Assembly (NCBI GenBank): GCA_028865345.1
Contig: JAGWKL010000001.1
Span: 1 to 61,295, forward strand
From: Candidatus Omnitrophota bacterium
GTDB taxonomy: Bacteria > Omnitrophota > Gorgyraeia > Zapsychrales > Fredricksoniimonadaceae
DNA: 61,295 nucleotides
Direction: 5' to 3'
The translations under genes were made by a program, and so were the position numbers. A model generated the notes under the pieces. That model saw only the letters and a list, made by a program, of their open reading frames with translations. It did no database searches and had not been told where the DNA came from. Positions 18,171 to 27,668 of this stretch are shown here, piece by piece (within the stretch, counting starts at the first letter, position 1; each line of letters starts with the position of its first letter).

Positions 18171-19280
18171 ATGCGGATACTGGATCGTTACATCCTAAAG
18201 TCAATCTTCACCATTTTTATAGGCACTGTTCTTACATTTGCTTTTTTGTTCATCCTCATTGACCTGTTCAGCAACCTGCAGGATTTTATTGCCAAAAGCG
18301 TGGGTATAACAGTGATCCTGCGCTATTATCTTTCCTTCCTGCCGTCGATCATCGTCCAGACGTCCACTATGGCCTGCCTCATCGCGGTCCTCTTCACCTA
18401 CAGCAATCTCAACGCGCACAATGAGATCATCGCCATCCGCGCCTCGGGGATGAATTTCTGGCAGATCGCCCGCCCGGCGCTGGTCTTCGCGCTGTTTATT
18501 TCAGCGAGCGTGTTCCTGGTGAATGAAAAATTCGTGCCCACCTCCTCGATGATCAACCAGGAGATCCACGATACCCAGATCAACCTTAGCCCCTCTCAAA
18601 GGGGCAAGGGCCTGCCCCTCATCCACAATCTCACCTTCTACGGCCTTAAGAACCGCCTGTTCTTTATCGACACCTTCGATCCCAACACCCATGCCTTGCA
18701 GGGGATCACCATCATCGGTCATGACCATAACCAGAACCCCGTTGAGAAAATCGTGGCGGAAAACGGCGTATGGACGGGCATCGCCTGGAAATTTTATAAA
18801 TGCCAGATCACGACCTACAGCAGCGTCATCCCCAACGCGGTCACAGGGGTGCACATGTACGCGGAAAAATTAATGGACATCCCCGAGAAACCCAAGGACT
18901 TCATGAGCCAGCGGATAGACCTATCGTCGATGAACCTGCGCCAGCTGCACGCTTATATCAAACGCTTTTCCGGCAGCGGCGCCGTTAAGACGCTCAATGA
19001 CCTGAGGGTCGACATGCATCAGAAGATCACTTTTCCTTTGCGCAATTTTGTCATCGTCTTGATCGGACTGCCTTTCGCGCTCATGTCCATCGGCAAGCGC
19101 AAGGCCATGACCTTCACTTCCATCGCCATCGCCCTGGTCATAGGGTTCCTTTATTACGTCGCGGATGCGGTGGGCCTGGCCCTGGCCAAGGGAGGGGCCT
19201 TATTGCCGTGGGAAGGCGCGTGGATTACACCCATCCTCTTTACTCTTGCCGCTCTCTTTATTATTTTCAGGAATTTCTAA
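18171..19280 (+). CDS. lptG: LPS export ABC permease LptG (YjgP/YjgQ family)
   Basis: MRILDRYILKSIF start (ATG 18171; the ORF track starts earlier at 18099). Same architecture as lptF. Confidence 0.8.
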   Translation: MRILDRYILKSIFTIFIGTVLTFAFLFILIDLFSNLQDFIAKSVGITVILRYYLSFLPSIIVQTSTMACLIAVLFTYSNLNAHNEIIAIRASGMNFWQIARPALVFALFISASVFLVNEKFVPTSSMINQEIHDTQINLSPSQRGKGLPLIHNLTFYGLKNRLFFIDTFDPNTHALQGITIIGHDHNQNPVEKIVAENGVWTGIAWKFYKCQITTYSSVIPNAVTGVHMYAEKLMDIPEKPKDFMSQRIDLSSMNLRQLHAYIKRFSGSGAVKTLNDLRVDMHQKITFPLRNFVIVLIGLPFALMSIGKRKAMTFTSIAIALVIGFLYYVADAVGLALAKGGALLPWEGAWITPILFTLAALFIIFRNF

Positions 19281-20488
19281 CTATTGCTGCCCGGGTCCGG
19301 GGAAGGCAAGACCGGCGGAGGATGGAAGACACGCGGCAGGCGGTTGCCCAGGGAACAAAGGATCTCGTAGCTGATCGTGTCCGCCCATTGGGCCAGTTCG
19401 TCGGCATCGATGGACGCCCCCTTTTGGGCGCCCAGCAGGACCGCTTCGTCGCCGCAGACAGGGGTACGGCCCGACAGGGTCACCGGCGTAATATCGACGA
19501 TGATCTGGTCCATGGTCACCCGCCCCACCACCGGGCAGCGCACGCCGCAGACCAGCACAAAAGCCTTGTTAGACAATGAGCGCAAATACCCGTTGCTGTA
19601 ACCGACAGGCAGGATGGCGACGAGCATGTCCTCCTTGGCCTTAAAGGTGTGCCCGTAACTGATGCCCCGGCCCTTGGCAATGGGCTGCACGAAAATGATA
19701 CGGGATTTGACGGACATCACCGGCTTTAGTTGGACCTTTTGCTTTAAATCTTCGCGGGGATAAATACCGTAGAGCATGATGCCGGGGCGGGCCAAATTGA
19801 AAAGATCCGACTTATAATCCCCCAACCCCATGCTGTTGCTCGCATGCACGAAGGTAAAAGATACGGACCGGTTTTCCAGCGCATAGACGATATCGCGGAA
19901 CCGCCGCATCTGGGCCACAGTAAAATCGCGGTCGGTATCCGCAAGCGGGAAATGGGTGTAAATCCCCTCGAGGACCAGGTGCGGACATTCCGACAAAAGC
20001 GCATCGACAAAATCCATGACCTGTTCTTCGCTGACCCCCAGGCGGCCCATCCCCGTATCTACTTTGATGTGAACGCCGAGCCTGATGCCTGCCGCGCAAG
20101 CACACTGGTCCAGGGCATAAGCCATTGCCAGGTCACAAACCGTCGGCGTGAGATTATAGGCAACGATGTCTTTGGCTTCGCAAGTCAGGGTGGATTCGAT
20201 CAACAGTATTTTCTGCTTGAACCCCATCGCCCGCAGGCTCAAGGCCTCGCCGGCATTGGAGACCGTCCAGTAGCGGCAGCCGCACGCGTTCAACGCCTCG
20301 GCAACCTGCATCATGCCGTGGCCGTACGCGTCGGCCTTGATGACAGGCATGATGCCAAGCGCATGGGTCATGTTTTTACGGCTAAGCTTCTGCAATTGTT
20401 CAAAATTGTGGGTCAGCGCTTCAAGGTCCAATTCACACCAGGTCGGAGGATGGACGACCGTTTCGTAGTTTAATATTTTAACGTTCAT
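19277..20488 (-). CDS. alr: alanine racemase
   Basis: PLP-lysine motif PVIKADAYGHG. C-terminal YGH..K..E pattern. The 3' end overlaps the lptG stop by 4 nt (convergent). Confidence 0.9.
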   Translation of the reverse strand: MNVKILNYETVVHPPTWCELDLEALTHNFEQLQKLSRKNMTHALGIMPVIKADAYGHGMMQVAEALNACGCRYWTVSNAGEALSLRAMGFKQKILLIESTLTCEAKDIVAYNLTPTVCDLAMAYALDQCACAAGIRLGVHIKVDTGMGRLGVSEEQVMDFVDALLSECPHLVLEGIYTHFPLADTDRDFTVAQMRRFRDIVYALENRSVSFTFVHASNSMGLGDYKSDLFNLARPGIMLYGIYPREDLKQKVQLKPVMSVKSRIIFVQPIAKGRGISYGHTFKAKEDMLVAILPVGYSNGYLRSLSNKAFVLVCGVRCPVVGRVTMDQIIVDITPVTLSGRTPVCGDEAVLLGAQKGASIDADELAQWADTISYEILCSLGNRLPRVFHPPPVLPSPDPGSNS

Positions 20489-21207
20489 CGGATACCCGCC
20501 TTTTCATTTCGCTTAAAGGAAACCTGGCAATCCTGCGCATACAGGTACAACGGCACAAGGCTTGCCGCATGATCATACTGCTTTCTTGCAAAGCGCTCAT
20601 ACGCCATCCCTGCCATCACTTTGCTTTGAGGATACCAGTATTTTTCTTGGGCGAAAAGGCATTTGTGCGCAGTATTTCCTCGAACGCGCTGTCGGTAGGC
20701 CTGTTCAATATTTTGACGGTACATGCAAAGCGCATCGCCGGTAAAAAGTGTCGTGCCGCGCACTTTGCCCAAAATATCCTCAAGAGAGGCCAATGCATAA
20801 TCGCTCTTGCGGCGGCCATCGGCGCCGTAAAGGCAGGCATAGACCTTGTTGCGGCGCGCGTCGTTGATGACGCAAATCTCATCGCAAGAAATCCCGTGCA
20901 CGGCCCCGGCGATGATGTCCGGGGTCGGGATGCCGACGACGGGTTTTCCCGTCGCTGCGGCAAAAGCTTTAACGGTCGCCAGGCCCACCCGCAGGCTGGT
21001 GAAAGATCCGGGCCCCAGGGCAATGGCAAAGCCGCCGATTTGGTCAAACTTTATCCCCGCGCTGCCCAGGAGCTTATCCATCGCCGGTAAAATGGCGTCT
21101 TCCAGCACGAGAGCGGCCTTGATGTTGCGGTAACGCAGGACTTTAGCGTCACGGCTTAAGGCTATCGAGAAGATCTTGGTCGATGTTTCGAAGGACAGGA
21201 AATACAT
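20485..21207 (-). CDS. tsaB: tRNA t6A biosynthesis protein TsaB
   Basis: LSFETSTKIFSIAL ... GPGSFTSLRVGLATVKAFA. Confidence 0.85.
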   Translation of the reverse strand: MYFLSFETSTKIFSIALSRDAKVLRYRNIKAALVLEDAILPAMDKLLGSAGIKFDQIGGFAIALGPGSFTSLRVGLATVKAFAAATGKPVVGIPTPDIIAGAVHGISCDEICVINDARRNKVYACLYGADGRRKSDYALASLEDILGKVRGTTLFTGDALCMYRQNIEQAYRQRVRGNTAHKCLFAQEKYWYPQSKVMAGMAYERFARKQYDHAASLVPLYLYAQDCQVSFKRNEKAGIR

Positions 21208-21632
21208 ATTTTTCGCCGATGTTCCCCCAGATGTTGAAACTGCACTAAATAATATTCCTTGGGCGCGTGCTCCCCCAAACGCTCAGGCCATTCGATAAGA
21301 GAAATGCCGTCCCCGTAGAAATAATCGTCAAAATCCACCGTCTCGAGGGCCTTGGGATTTTCCAGACGGTAAAGATCAAAATGATAGATCGGCAATTTCC
21401 CTTCATAACAATTCATCAGGACAAAGGTCGGGCTGTTGACTTTTTTGGAGCTTAACTTAAAGCCTCCAACCAGCCCTTTGACAAAGGTGGTCTTGCCTGC
21501 CCCTAAATCGCCCTTCAACAATACGATATCCCCTGCTTTGAGTTGCCCGGCAAAACGCCCGGCACAAAGCATGGTCTCCTCAACGCTGTTAGAAATGAGT
21601 GAAACTTCTGGCATCTGGTTTTTCTTTGACAT
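21162..21632 (-). CDS. tsaE: tRNA t6A biosynthesis ATPase TsaE
   Basis: GDLGAGKTTFVKG, SPTFVLMNCY, YHFDLYRL. Confidence 0.85.
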   Translation of the reverse strand: MSKKNQMPEVSLISNSVEETMLCAGRFAGQLKAGDIVLLKGDLGAGKTTFVKGLVGGFKLSSKKVNSPTFVLMNCYEGKLPIYHFDLYRLENPKALETVDFDDYFYGDGISLIEWPERLGEHAPKEYYLVQFQHLGEHRRKICISCPSKHRPRSSR

Positions 21633-22479
21633 CGGCCGTTATTGTCCCCACCGGATAGAAATAAAATGATTTTTGCCGCGCCTGCCAGTCCATGAGCGCC
21701 TGCGCCTGTCTGGTCCCAAGTGTAAATAGGAGCTCGAAATCCTCCCCGTCATTTAACGCCTGGGCCAGGCTTACTCCTTTATGCCTGGGAATGCAATCAT
21801 AATCAAGCCGCGCACCCGCGCGGCTGGCCTCAAGGATGTGGCCCAAGTCACCGGCAAGCCCGTCGGAAATATCGATCATGGCGTGCGGAGTGAATCTTTC
21901 CACTAAAAACCGCGCGGGGCCCAAACGCGGCACAAATTTCAGGTGCCGTCCGCTTTTCAAGGAGCCTCCCAAAGGTCCGGTCACAAAAATCCAATCGCCG
22001 GGCTTGGCCCCGCCGCGGGTGACAAGATTTTTCTTTTCCACCCGCCCCAACAAAGCCACATTCACCACGATCTTGCCGGATTTGATGGTGTCCCCGCCGA
22101 CAATACTGACACCAAAATCTTTGGCTGTGCGTTCCATACCCCTATAGACATCCTTGATAAAATCGACCGGCAGGTTCCCAGGAACGCCGATGGACACCAC
22201 GGCAAAGGTAGGCCTGCCGCCCATGGCCGCGATATCGCTGATATTACAGGCCAGGGCCTTGTGCCCAATGCCTTCAGGCGGCATGCGGCGGGTGAAATGC
22301 ACGCCTTCCGCCAGCATGTCCGTCGTCAAAAGCAGATATTCGCTTTTATTGTAGGGCAAAACAGCGGCATCGTCGCCGATGCCTTTGATCACCCCTTGAG
22401 ACACCGGTACAAGCTTTTTAAGCGCCTTGATGAGGCCGAACTCACCTATTTGCGAAACGTGCATGGATGTTCTTTGCAT
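21589..22479 (-). CDS. thiL: thiamine-monophosphate kinase
   Basis: GEFGLI ... GIGDDAAVL ... TTDMLAEGVHF ... GGDT. Confidence 0.85.
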   Translation of the reverse strand: MQRTSMHVSQIGEFGLIKALKKLVPVSQGVIKGIGDDAAVLPYNKSEYLLLTTDMLAEGVHFTRRMPPEGIGHKALACNISDIAAMGGRPTFAVVSIGVPGNLPVDFIKDVYRGMERTAKDFGVSIVGGDTIKSGKIVVNVALLGRVEKKNLVTRGGAKPGDWIFVTGPLGGSLKSGRHLKFVPRLGPARFLVERFTPHAMIDISDGLAGDLGHILEASRAGARLDYDCIPRHKGVSLAQALNDGEDFELLFTLGTRQAQALMDWQARQKSFYFYPVGTITADVKEKPDARSFTHF

Positions 22480-23485
22480 ACGGCGGACGGATGATGCCGT
22501 ATTCCGTCACGATGCCTGTGATCAATTTCGCCGGAGTCACGTCAAAGGCCGGATTATAGACCTTAACGCCCCTGGGGGCTGTGGACACGCCCGCAAAACA
22601 GGTCACCTCATCGCTTTTGCGCTCTTCAATGGGGATCTGCCTGCCGGATTTTATCTTTAAGTCGAAACTCGAGCCCGGAGCCACAACGTAAAAAGGAATA
22701 CCGTGATGGCGCGCCAGTACGGCCAGCATGTAGGTGCCGATCTTATTGGCCGCGTCCCCGTTGGACGCAATACGGTCCGCGCCGGTAAAAATAATGTCCA
22801 CCTTGGAGGAAGCCATCAGGGAGGCGGCCATATTATCACAGATCAAGGTGGTGTCGATCTTTTGGGCCATCAGCTCCCAGCAAGTCAGGCGCGCGCCCTG
22901 CAACAAGGGACGCGTTTCGCAGGCGTAGACGCTGAACTTTTTGCCTTTGGCGCGGGCGGCGTAAAAAACCCCCTGGGCCGTGCCGTAATCCACCGTGGCC
23001 AGGGCGCCGGCATTGCAGATCGTCAGGCAGCGCATCCCGTTCTTGATAAGTTTTACTCCATGGCCTCCCATTTGCCGGCAGACCCTGCGGTCGGCCTGAA
23101 AAATGGACATGGCCCGCAGCTGCAGGGCTTTCTTTAACGCGGGCACACCGGCTTGGGGATTCAGATCCACCACTGCGCGCATCTCGCTGAGCCTGTTGAA
23201 AAGATCCACTGCCGTCGGACGGGACGTGCCCAAAAACTCGCAGGTTGCGTTGAATAATTTCAGGAATCGGGTTTTGTCCCGGCCTTTAAATTTCTGCACC
23301 CCCAAGACGACACCGAAAGCCGCGGCCACGCCGATGGCCGGGGCCCCGCGCACGGACAGGCGTTTGATCGCCTGCCACATGGTTTTCACATCGCGGCAAT
23401 AAATATATTCAAATTTATGCGGAAGTTTGGTCTGATCAATAATGCGCGCCGCACCTTTGACCCATTTGATCGTTTCAACTGACAT
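22442..23485 (-). CDS. mtnA: S-methyl-5-thioribose-1-phosphate isomerase (eIF-2B alpha/beta/delta family)
   Basis: IDQTKLPHKFEYI ... RGAPAIGVAAAFG ... CNAGALAT ... GADRIASNGDAANKIGTY. Confidence 0.85.
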   Translation of the reverse strand: MSVETIKWVKGAARIIDQTKLPHKFEYIYCRDVKTMWQAIKRLSVRGAPAIGVAAAFGVVLGVQKFKGRDKTRFLKLFNATCEFLGTSRPTAVDLFNRLSEMRAVVDLNPQAGVPALKKALQLRAMSIFQADRRVCRQMGGHGVKLIKNGMRCLTICNAGALATVDYGTAQGVFYAARAKGKKFSVYACETRPLLQGARLTCWELMAQKIDTTLICDNMAASLMASSKVDIIFTGADRIASNGDAANKIGTYMLAVLARHHGIPFYVVAPGSSFDLKIKSGRQIPIEERKSDEVTCFAGVSTAPRGVKVYNPAFDVTPAKLITGIVTEYGIIRPPYAKNIHARFANR

Positions 23486-23491
23486 ATTCTT

Positions 23492-24994
23492 TTATGCCTT
23501 CTCCACCTCGATACGCGGAAACAGCGGCGGATGAGACTTCAATGGCGTGCCGGGCCGCAGTTGCCCCCAAACCGGTTTGGTATCCTCTGCCCCTAAAATT
23601 GACAAGACCGCAGCCGTCTTTTCCGGCATGACCGGCGCCAGCATAATCGTCGCTATACGCAAACCTTCGGCTGCCGTATACAGTACTCGGTTGGCGGCTT
23701 TCATGTCCGTTTTGGCCAGTTTCCAGGGCGCCTGGATTTCCATATATTTATTGAGACTCTGCACAAAAAGCAAGGTCTCCATTAAAGCTTCCTGTACTTT
23801 AAACTGACTGATTAAAAGCTTCACACTGCCCGGCAAGACATTGGCGTTCATTTGAATTAATGATTCATGCTCGGTCACTGCGCCAGGTTCCGGAATTTTC
23901 CCCCCGTGATTTTTCTGAATAAGCCCGCTGACCCGGTTCAATAGATTACCGAAATCATTGGCCAGGTCACTGTTAAAGCATTTGATGAAGGAATCCGGCG
24001 TAAAATTGGCATCCAGTCCCAGGACCATCTCTCGCATCAGGTAATAACGCACGGCATCCACCCCGTAAGTATTGATTAAATCAAGCGGATTGACCACATT
24101 GCCCAGGGACTTGCTCATCTTGGTTTCGCCAATGAGCCACCAACCGTGGGCAAAGATGGTTCCCGGCAGCGGCAACCCCAGTGAAAAAAGCATGGTGGTC
24201 CAGTAAATGGAATGGGTGGTCAAAATGTCCTTGCCGATCAGATGCACGTCGGCCGGCCACCATTTCTTGAATTTCTCCTCGTCGCTGCCATAACCGGGAA
24301 TGGAAATATAATTGACCAGGGCATCGAACCAGACATAGGTCACATAATCGCGGTCGAAAGGGATCTCAATGCCCCAATCCATGCGCGCCTTGGGGCGGGA
24401 AATGCATAGATCCCCCAGCGGCTGGCGCAGGAAACCCAGCATTTCATTCTTGCGGTGTTCGGGGCGGATAAAATCCGGGTGCTGCTCGATATATTCTATG
24501 AGCCTGTGCTGGTACTTGCTCATCTTAAAGAAATAATTCTTCTCCTTGAGCTTTTTGACGTCGCGAAACTGGCCGGATTCGTATTCGGCCTCCGTAATAA
24601 AGCGTTCTTCCGCCACGGAATACCAGCCCTCGTATTCGTCCGTGTAAATGTCGCCGTTCTCATGGACCTTCTGCAAAACCAGCTGGACAATTTTCTTGTG
24701 CCGCTCCTGGGTGGTGCGGACAAAATCATCATAGCGGATGTCAAGCCGCTTCCATAAATTAAGGAACCGCGGGACCAGGTCATCGCAATGCGCCTGGGGC
24801 GTAGCCCCTCGTTTCTCGGCGGCCTGCTTGACCTTCTGGCCATGCTCGTCCAGGCCGGTCAAAAAAAACACCTCGTCCCCGGCGGCGCGGTGATAGCGGC
24901 CCAGCACATCGGCGAGGATCGTCGTATACGCGTGCCCGATATGCGGGGCATCGTTCACATAGTAAATCGGCGTAGTAACGAAGAACTTGCTCAT
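23492..24994 (-). CDS. metG: methionine--tRNA ligase (short form)
   Basis: HIGH motif PHIGHAYT, KMSKS motif KMSKSLGN. Confidence 0.95.
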   Translation of the reverse strand: MSKFFVTTPIYYVNDAPHIGHAYTTILADVLGRYHRAAGDEVFFLTGLDEHGQKVKQAAEKRGATPQAHCDDLVPRFLNLWKRLDIRYDDFVRTTQERHKKIVQLVLQKVHENGDIYTDEYEGWYSVAEERFITEAEYESGQFRDVKKLKEKNYFFKMSKYQHRLIEYIEQHPDFIRPEHRKNEMLGFLRQPLGDLCISRPKARMDWGIEIPFDRDYVTYVWFDALVNYISIPGYGSDEEKFKKWWPADVHLIGKDILTTHSIYWTTMLFSLGLPLPGTIFAHGWWLIGETKMSKSLGNVVNPLDLINTYGVDAVRYYLMREMVLGLDANFTPDSFIKCFNSDLANDFGNLLNRVSGLIQKNHGGKIPEPGAVTEHESLIQMNANVLPGSVKLLISQFKVQEALMETLLFVQSLNKYMEIQAPWKLAKTDMKAANRVLYTAAEGLRIATIMLAPVMPEKTAAVLSILGAEDTKPVWGQLRPGTPLKSHPPLFPRIEVEKA

Positions 24995-25800
24995 GAGGAT
25001 TGTAACGCGGGTTCCTGGGGATATTTGACTCTGATGAGCTTGCCTTCCCCCAAATCCACGGTCACGTACTGTTTGAGGATGTCCATGGCAACGATCCTGC
25101 CCTTTTCCCCGTTGGGAGTCGTGACCTTGGCGCCCATCTTGGGCAGGACCTTGGAAAATTCACGGTAAACCTGGAATTCATACGCCATACAGCATTTGAC
25201 CCTGCCGCAGACGCCGGAAATCTTCTGGGGATTGAGCGGCAGTCCCTGGTCTTTGGCCATTTTAATGGAAAGAGGGTGAAAGTCCTTCATGTAAGACGAA
25301 CAGCACAACTCCCGGCCGCAGACGCCGTAACCGCCGATGATCTTGGCCTTGTCGCGCACCCCGATCTGCTTGAGCTCGATGCGCACGCGCAGGGCCTTGG
25401 CCAGGTCCTTGACCAGGTTGCGGAAATCCACCCGGCCTTCCGCCGTAAAATAGATCAGTATCTTGGCGGCATCAAAGGTATATTCCGCCTGGACCAATTG
25501 CATTTCTATCTTGCTTTCAGCCACCTTCATCTCGCAAGTCTTCAAAGCCTCGGCGGACTTCATCTGGTTGTTGACCACCTGGCGCAAATCACCGTCGCTG
25601 GCCAGGCGGACCAACCTGCCTGCGGCCGCCTCTGTTTTGCCGCTGCAGGCCTTGGCCGTATCGGAGATGACCTTGCCGAATTCCATGTTCCGTTCCACTT
25701 CCAGGACCACCATGTCATGGCGGCGGACAAAAACGCCATTGCTGTCGGCCCAAATGACCGGCCGCCACTCCCCTAATTTAATTTGTACTAATTGTCCCAT
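24991..25800 (-). CDS. ricT: PSP1-domain protein RicT/YaaT
   Basis: Cys-rich PSP1 C-terminal core CGRELCCSSY ... CGRVKCCMAYE. Confidence 0.8.
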   Translation of the reverse strand: MGQLVQIKLGEWRPVIWADSNGVFVRRHDMVVLEVERNMEFGKVISDTAKACSGKTEAAAGRLVRLASDGDLRQVVNNQMKSAEALKTCEMKVAESKIEMQLVQAEYTFDAAKILIYFTAEGRVDFRNLVKDLAKALRVRIELKQIGVRDKAKIIGGYGVCGRELCCSSYMKDFHPLSIKMAKDQGLPLNPQKISGVCGRVKCCMAYEFQVYREFSKVLPKMGAKVTTPNGEKGRIVAMDILKQYVTVDLGEGKLIRVKYPQEPALQSS

Positions 25801-26744
25801 AGATGTTCTCTTAAAAGGCTTAAAGACATTTTAACGTTTAAATTTTCGTCCACGAGCTTCTTGGCCCAAACGATGTGCCCGATGATTGTGCCTATGTCTT
25901 CGATGCTGCGGGCGGCAAACACTTTAAGTTCCTTCAGGCGGTCCTGATGGAGCAACTCTGCCTCGGCCACACCGTTTTTCAATAAAAGAACGTCCCTGAA
26001 AAAACCCAGCAACAACTGCAAGGCCAAAGCGGTCTGCAGCGGGTCGGCTGAGAGCCCCTTGAGAAAGGTATCATTATAACGGTTTAAAAGCATTTCATCC
26101 AAGATTTTTCGCCGCTCCTGGATGACCTTCCCGTCCATCAGTTGGCGGGCCTTTCCTAAACACCCTTGCGCGTAAAACGCCAGAAAGCGGGCGTCCTGCA
26201 TCTCAAGGCCTTCATTCATCAAATGCCGCGCCACGCGGTTGACCGGGGAGGGAAAAAACTTGACCACATGACAACGGGACTTGATGGTGTCCAGATTGGC
26301 CTCAGGCAGGCTGGTCGTTAAAACCATCAAGGTGTTGGGGGCCGGTTCTTCCAGGGTCTTTAAAAGCGCGTTGGCCGCGTCCAGGGTCATCATCTCGATA
26401 TGCCGGATGATAAAAACTTTTGTTTTGGCCTCAAAGGCCATCAATGCCGCCCGGCCCAAAAGAAAACGGATGTCCTCGATCTTGATGCTCCCCTCCTCAT
26501 CGCTTCCTATGATATGGACGTCCGGATGGTTGCCTGAGGCGATTTTACGGCAGGCCGGGCATCGGCCGCAGGGTTTTGGCGCAATGCCCTCACAATTGAC
26601 CAATTGGGCCAGCGCCCGTGCCGTCTGGGTTTTTCCTGATCCTTTCGGCCCCAGCAGCAAATAGGCATGCGCCAGACGATGGTTGTCGACCAGCCGGTTG
26701 AACCGTTGCAGGACAGCAATATTGATTTGCTCTGCATCGATCAT
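25788..26744 (-). CDS. holB: DNA polymerase III subunit delta prime
   Basis: HAYLLLGPKGSGKT, zinc module CGRCPACRKI, SRC-type motif IKSRC. Confidence 0.85.
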   Translation of the reverse strand: MIDAEQINIAVLQRFNRLVDNHRLAHAYLLLGPKGSGKTQTARALAQLVNCEGIAPKPCGRCPACRKIASGNHPDVHIIGSDEEGSIKIEDIRFLLGRAALMAFEAKTKVFIIRHIEMMTLDAANALLKTLEEPAPNTLMVLTTSLPEANLDTIKSRCHVVKFFPSPVNRVARHLMNEGLEMQDARFLAFYAQGCLGKARQLMDGKVIQERRKILDEMLLNRYNDTFLKGLSADPLQTALALQLLLGFFRDVLLLKNGVAEAELLHQDRLKELKVFAARSIEDIGTIIGHIVWAKKLVDENLNVKMSLSLLREHLWDN

Positions 26745-27358
26745 ATGCCCAATAAACCGTCGATATGGGATTTGACCCGTTTAAAGATCTCCTCTTTACC
26801 GGCATCCACCTTGACGACCTTGATGCGGCCGGGATATTTTCCGGCCAAATCCAAATATCCGCTGCGTACCCGGCTGTGATACTCGAGGCTGCGCGCTTCA
26901 ATACGGTCTTTTTTGGTCCCGGCGCGGCTCAAACCTTTTTCGGGTTGGATATCGAACAGGATGGTCAAATCCGGGGACAGCCCGCGGGTGGCAAAAAGCC
27001 CCAACTCTTCGATGGTCTTGACGTCAATCCCGTTGCCGTAGCCCTGGTAAGCAATGGTGGAATCCAGAAAGCGGTCGCATAAAATGATTTTTCCGGACTT
27101 TAACCGGGGGGCCAGAACTTCCTTGACCATCTGTGAGCGCGCCGCCATATAAAGCAGGGTCTCGCATTCATCACCCATGGCCGTATTATTGACGTCGAGC
27201 AGAAGCTTGCGGATGCTCTCTGAGATCTTGACCCCGCCGGGCTCGCGCAAAAGCACGACCGGCATCTTTTTTGATTGCAGATACTCAAGCACCAAGGCCG
27301 CCTGCGTGCTTTTGCCGGACCCCTCCGCGCCTTCGAATGTAATAAACTTGCCGTTCAT
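26741..27358 (-). CDS. tmk: thymidylate kinase
   Basis: FITFEGAEGSGKSTQ P-loop, DRF motif (CDRFLDST). Confidence 0.9.
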   Translation of the reverse strand: MNGKFITFEGAEGSGKSTQAALVLEYLQSKKMPVVLLREPGGVKISESIRKLLLDVNNTAMGDECETLLYMAARSQMVKEVLAPRLKSGKIILCDRFLDSTIAYQGYGNGIDVKTIEELGLFATRGLSPDLTILFDIQPEKGLSRAGTKKDRIEARSLEYHSRVRSGYLDLAGKYPGRIKVVKVDAGKEEIFKRVKSHIDGLLGI

Positions 27359-27371
27359 AGGTAAATAAATA

Positions 27372-27400
27372 TTGATAAATAATCAATTAATGTTATTATA
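27372..27400 (+). promoter_or_regulatory. candidate sigma-70 promoter of the tRNA-like gene
   Basis: TTGATA, 16-17 nt spacer, TATTAT/ATTATA, about 15 nt upstream of position 27416, in a very AT-rich spacer. Confidence 0.35.
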
Positions 27401-27415
27401 TTAATCAAATTTAAC

Positions 27416-27490
27416 GTCCCGGTAGCTTAAATTGGATAAAGCTTTCCCCTGACTCAGGAAAAGATGCGGGTTCGAATCCCGCCCGGGGCG
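27416..27490 (+). tRNA. tRNA-like gene, anticodon GAC (Val) but non-canonical anticodon arm
   Basis: Hand fold: acceptor GTCCCGG/CCGGGGC (one G-U), U8 A9, D stem GCTT/AAGC with GG in the loop, T arm GCGGG-TTCGAAT-CCCGC, 5-nt variable loop. Anticodon arm TTCCC-CTGACTC-AGGAA has a C31-A39 mismatch and U at position 37. No encoded CCA. Confidence 0.6.
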
Positions 27491-27574
27491 TTAAAGGTCT
27501 TAAGAACGAATCAGGGGACTTTCTTAAGACCCATACAATTTTCTTGCAATATCAATGAGCCAAATATATACTTA

Positions 27575-27616
27575 AGTCGAGTCAGGGAAAGCAAGTAACA
27601 CCTTTAAGCTACCAGG
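27575..27616 (-). repeat. inverted, diverged partial copy of the tRNA 5' half
   Basis: The minus strand reads CCTGGTAGCTTAAAGGTGTTACTTGCTTTCCCTGACTCGACT, versus the tRNA's CCCGGTAGCTTAAATTGGATAAAGCTTTCCCCTGACTCAGG. Confidence 0.6.
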
Positions 27617-27641
27617 CCGCGTTCAACCGCGGCCTTTTTTA
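27615..27641 (+). terminator. rho-independent terminator ending the tRNA trailer
   Basis: GGCCGCG-TTCAAC-CGCGGCC followed by TTTTTTATTT on the plus strand. Confidence 0.65.
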
Positions 27642-27668
27642 TTTCCTTATACGTCGCTCCAAAAATAG

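Noticed and set aside
27416-27641. Possibility that the tRNA-like gene plus its structured downstream region is a tmRNA or a split/permuted tRNA.
   Set aside because: The tRNA-like part is a complete cloverleaf by itself. There is no alanine-type acceptor (no G3-U70 identity pair), no tag-peptide ORF with a resume codon, and no pseudoknot series. The downstream tRNA-like piece is on the opposite strand and does not fold.
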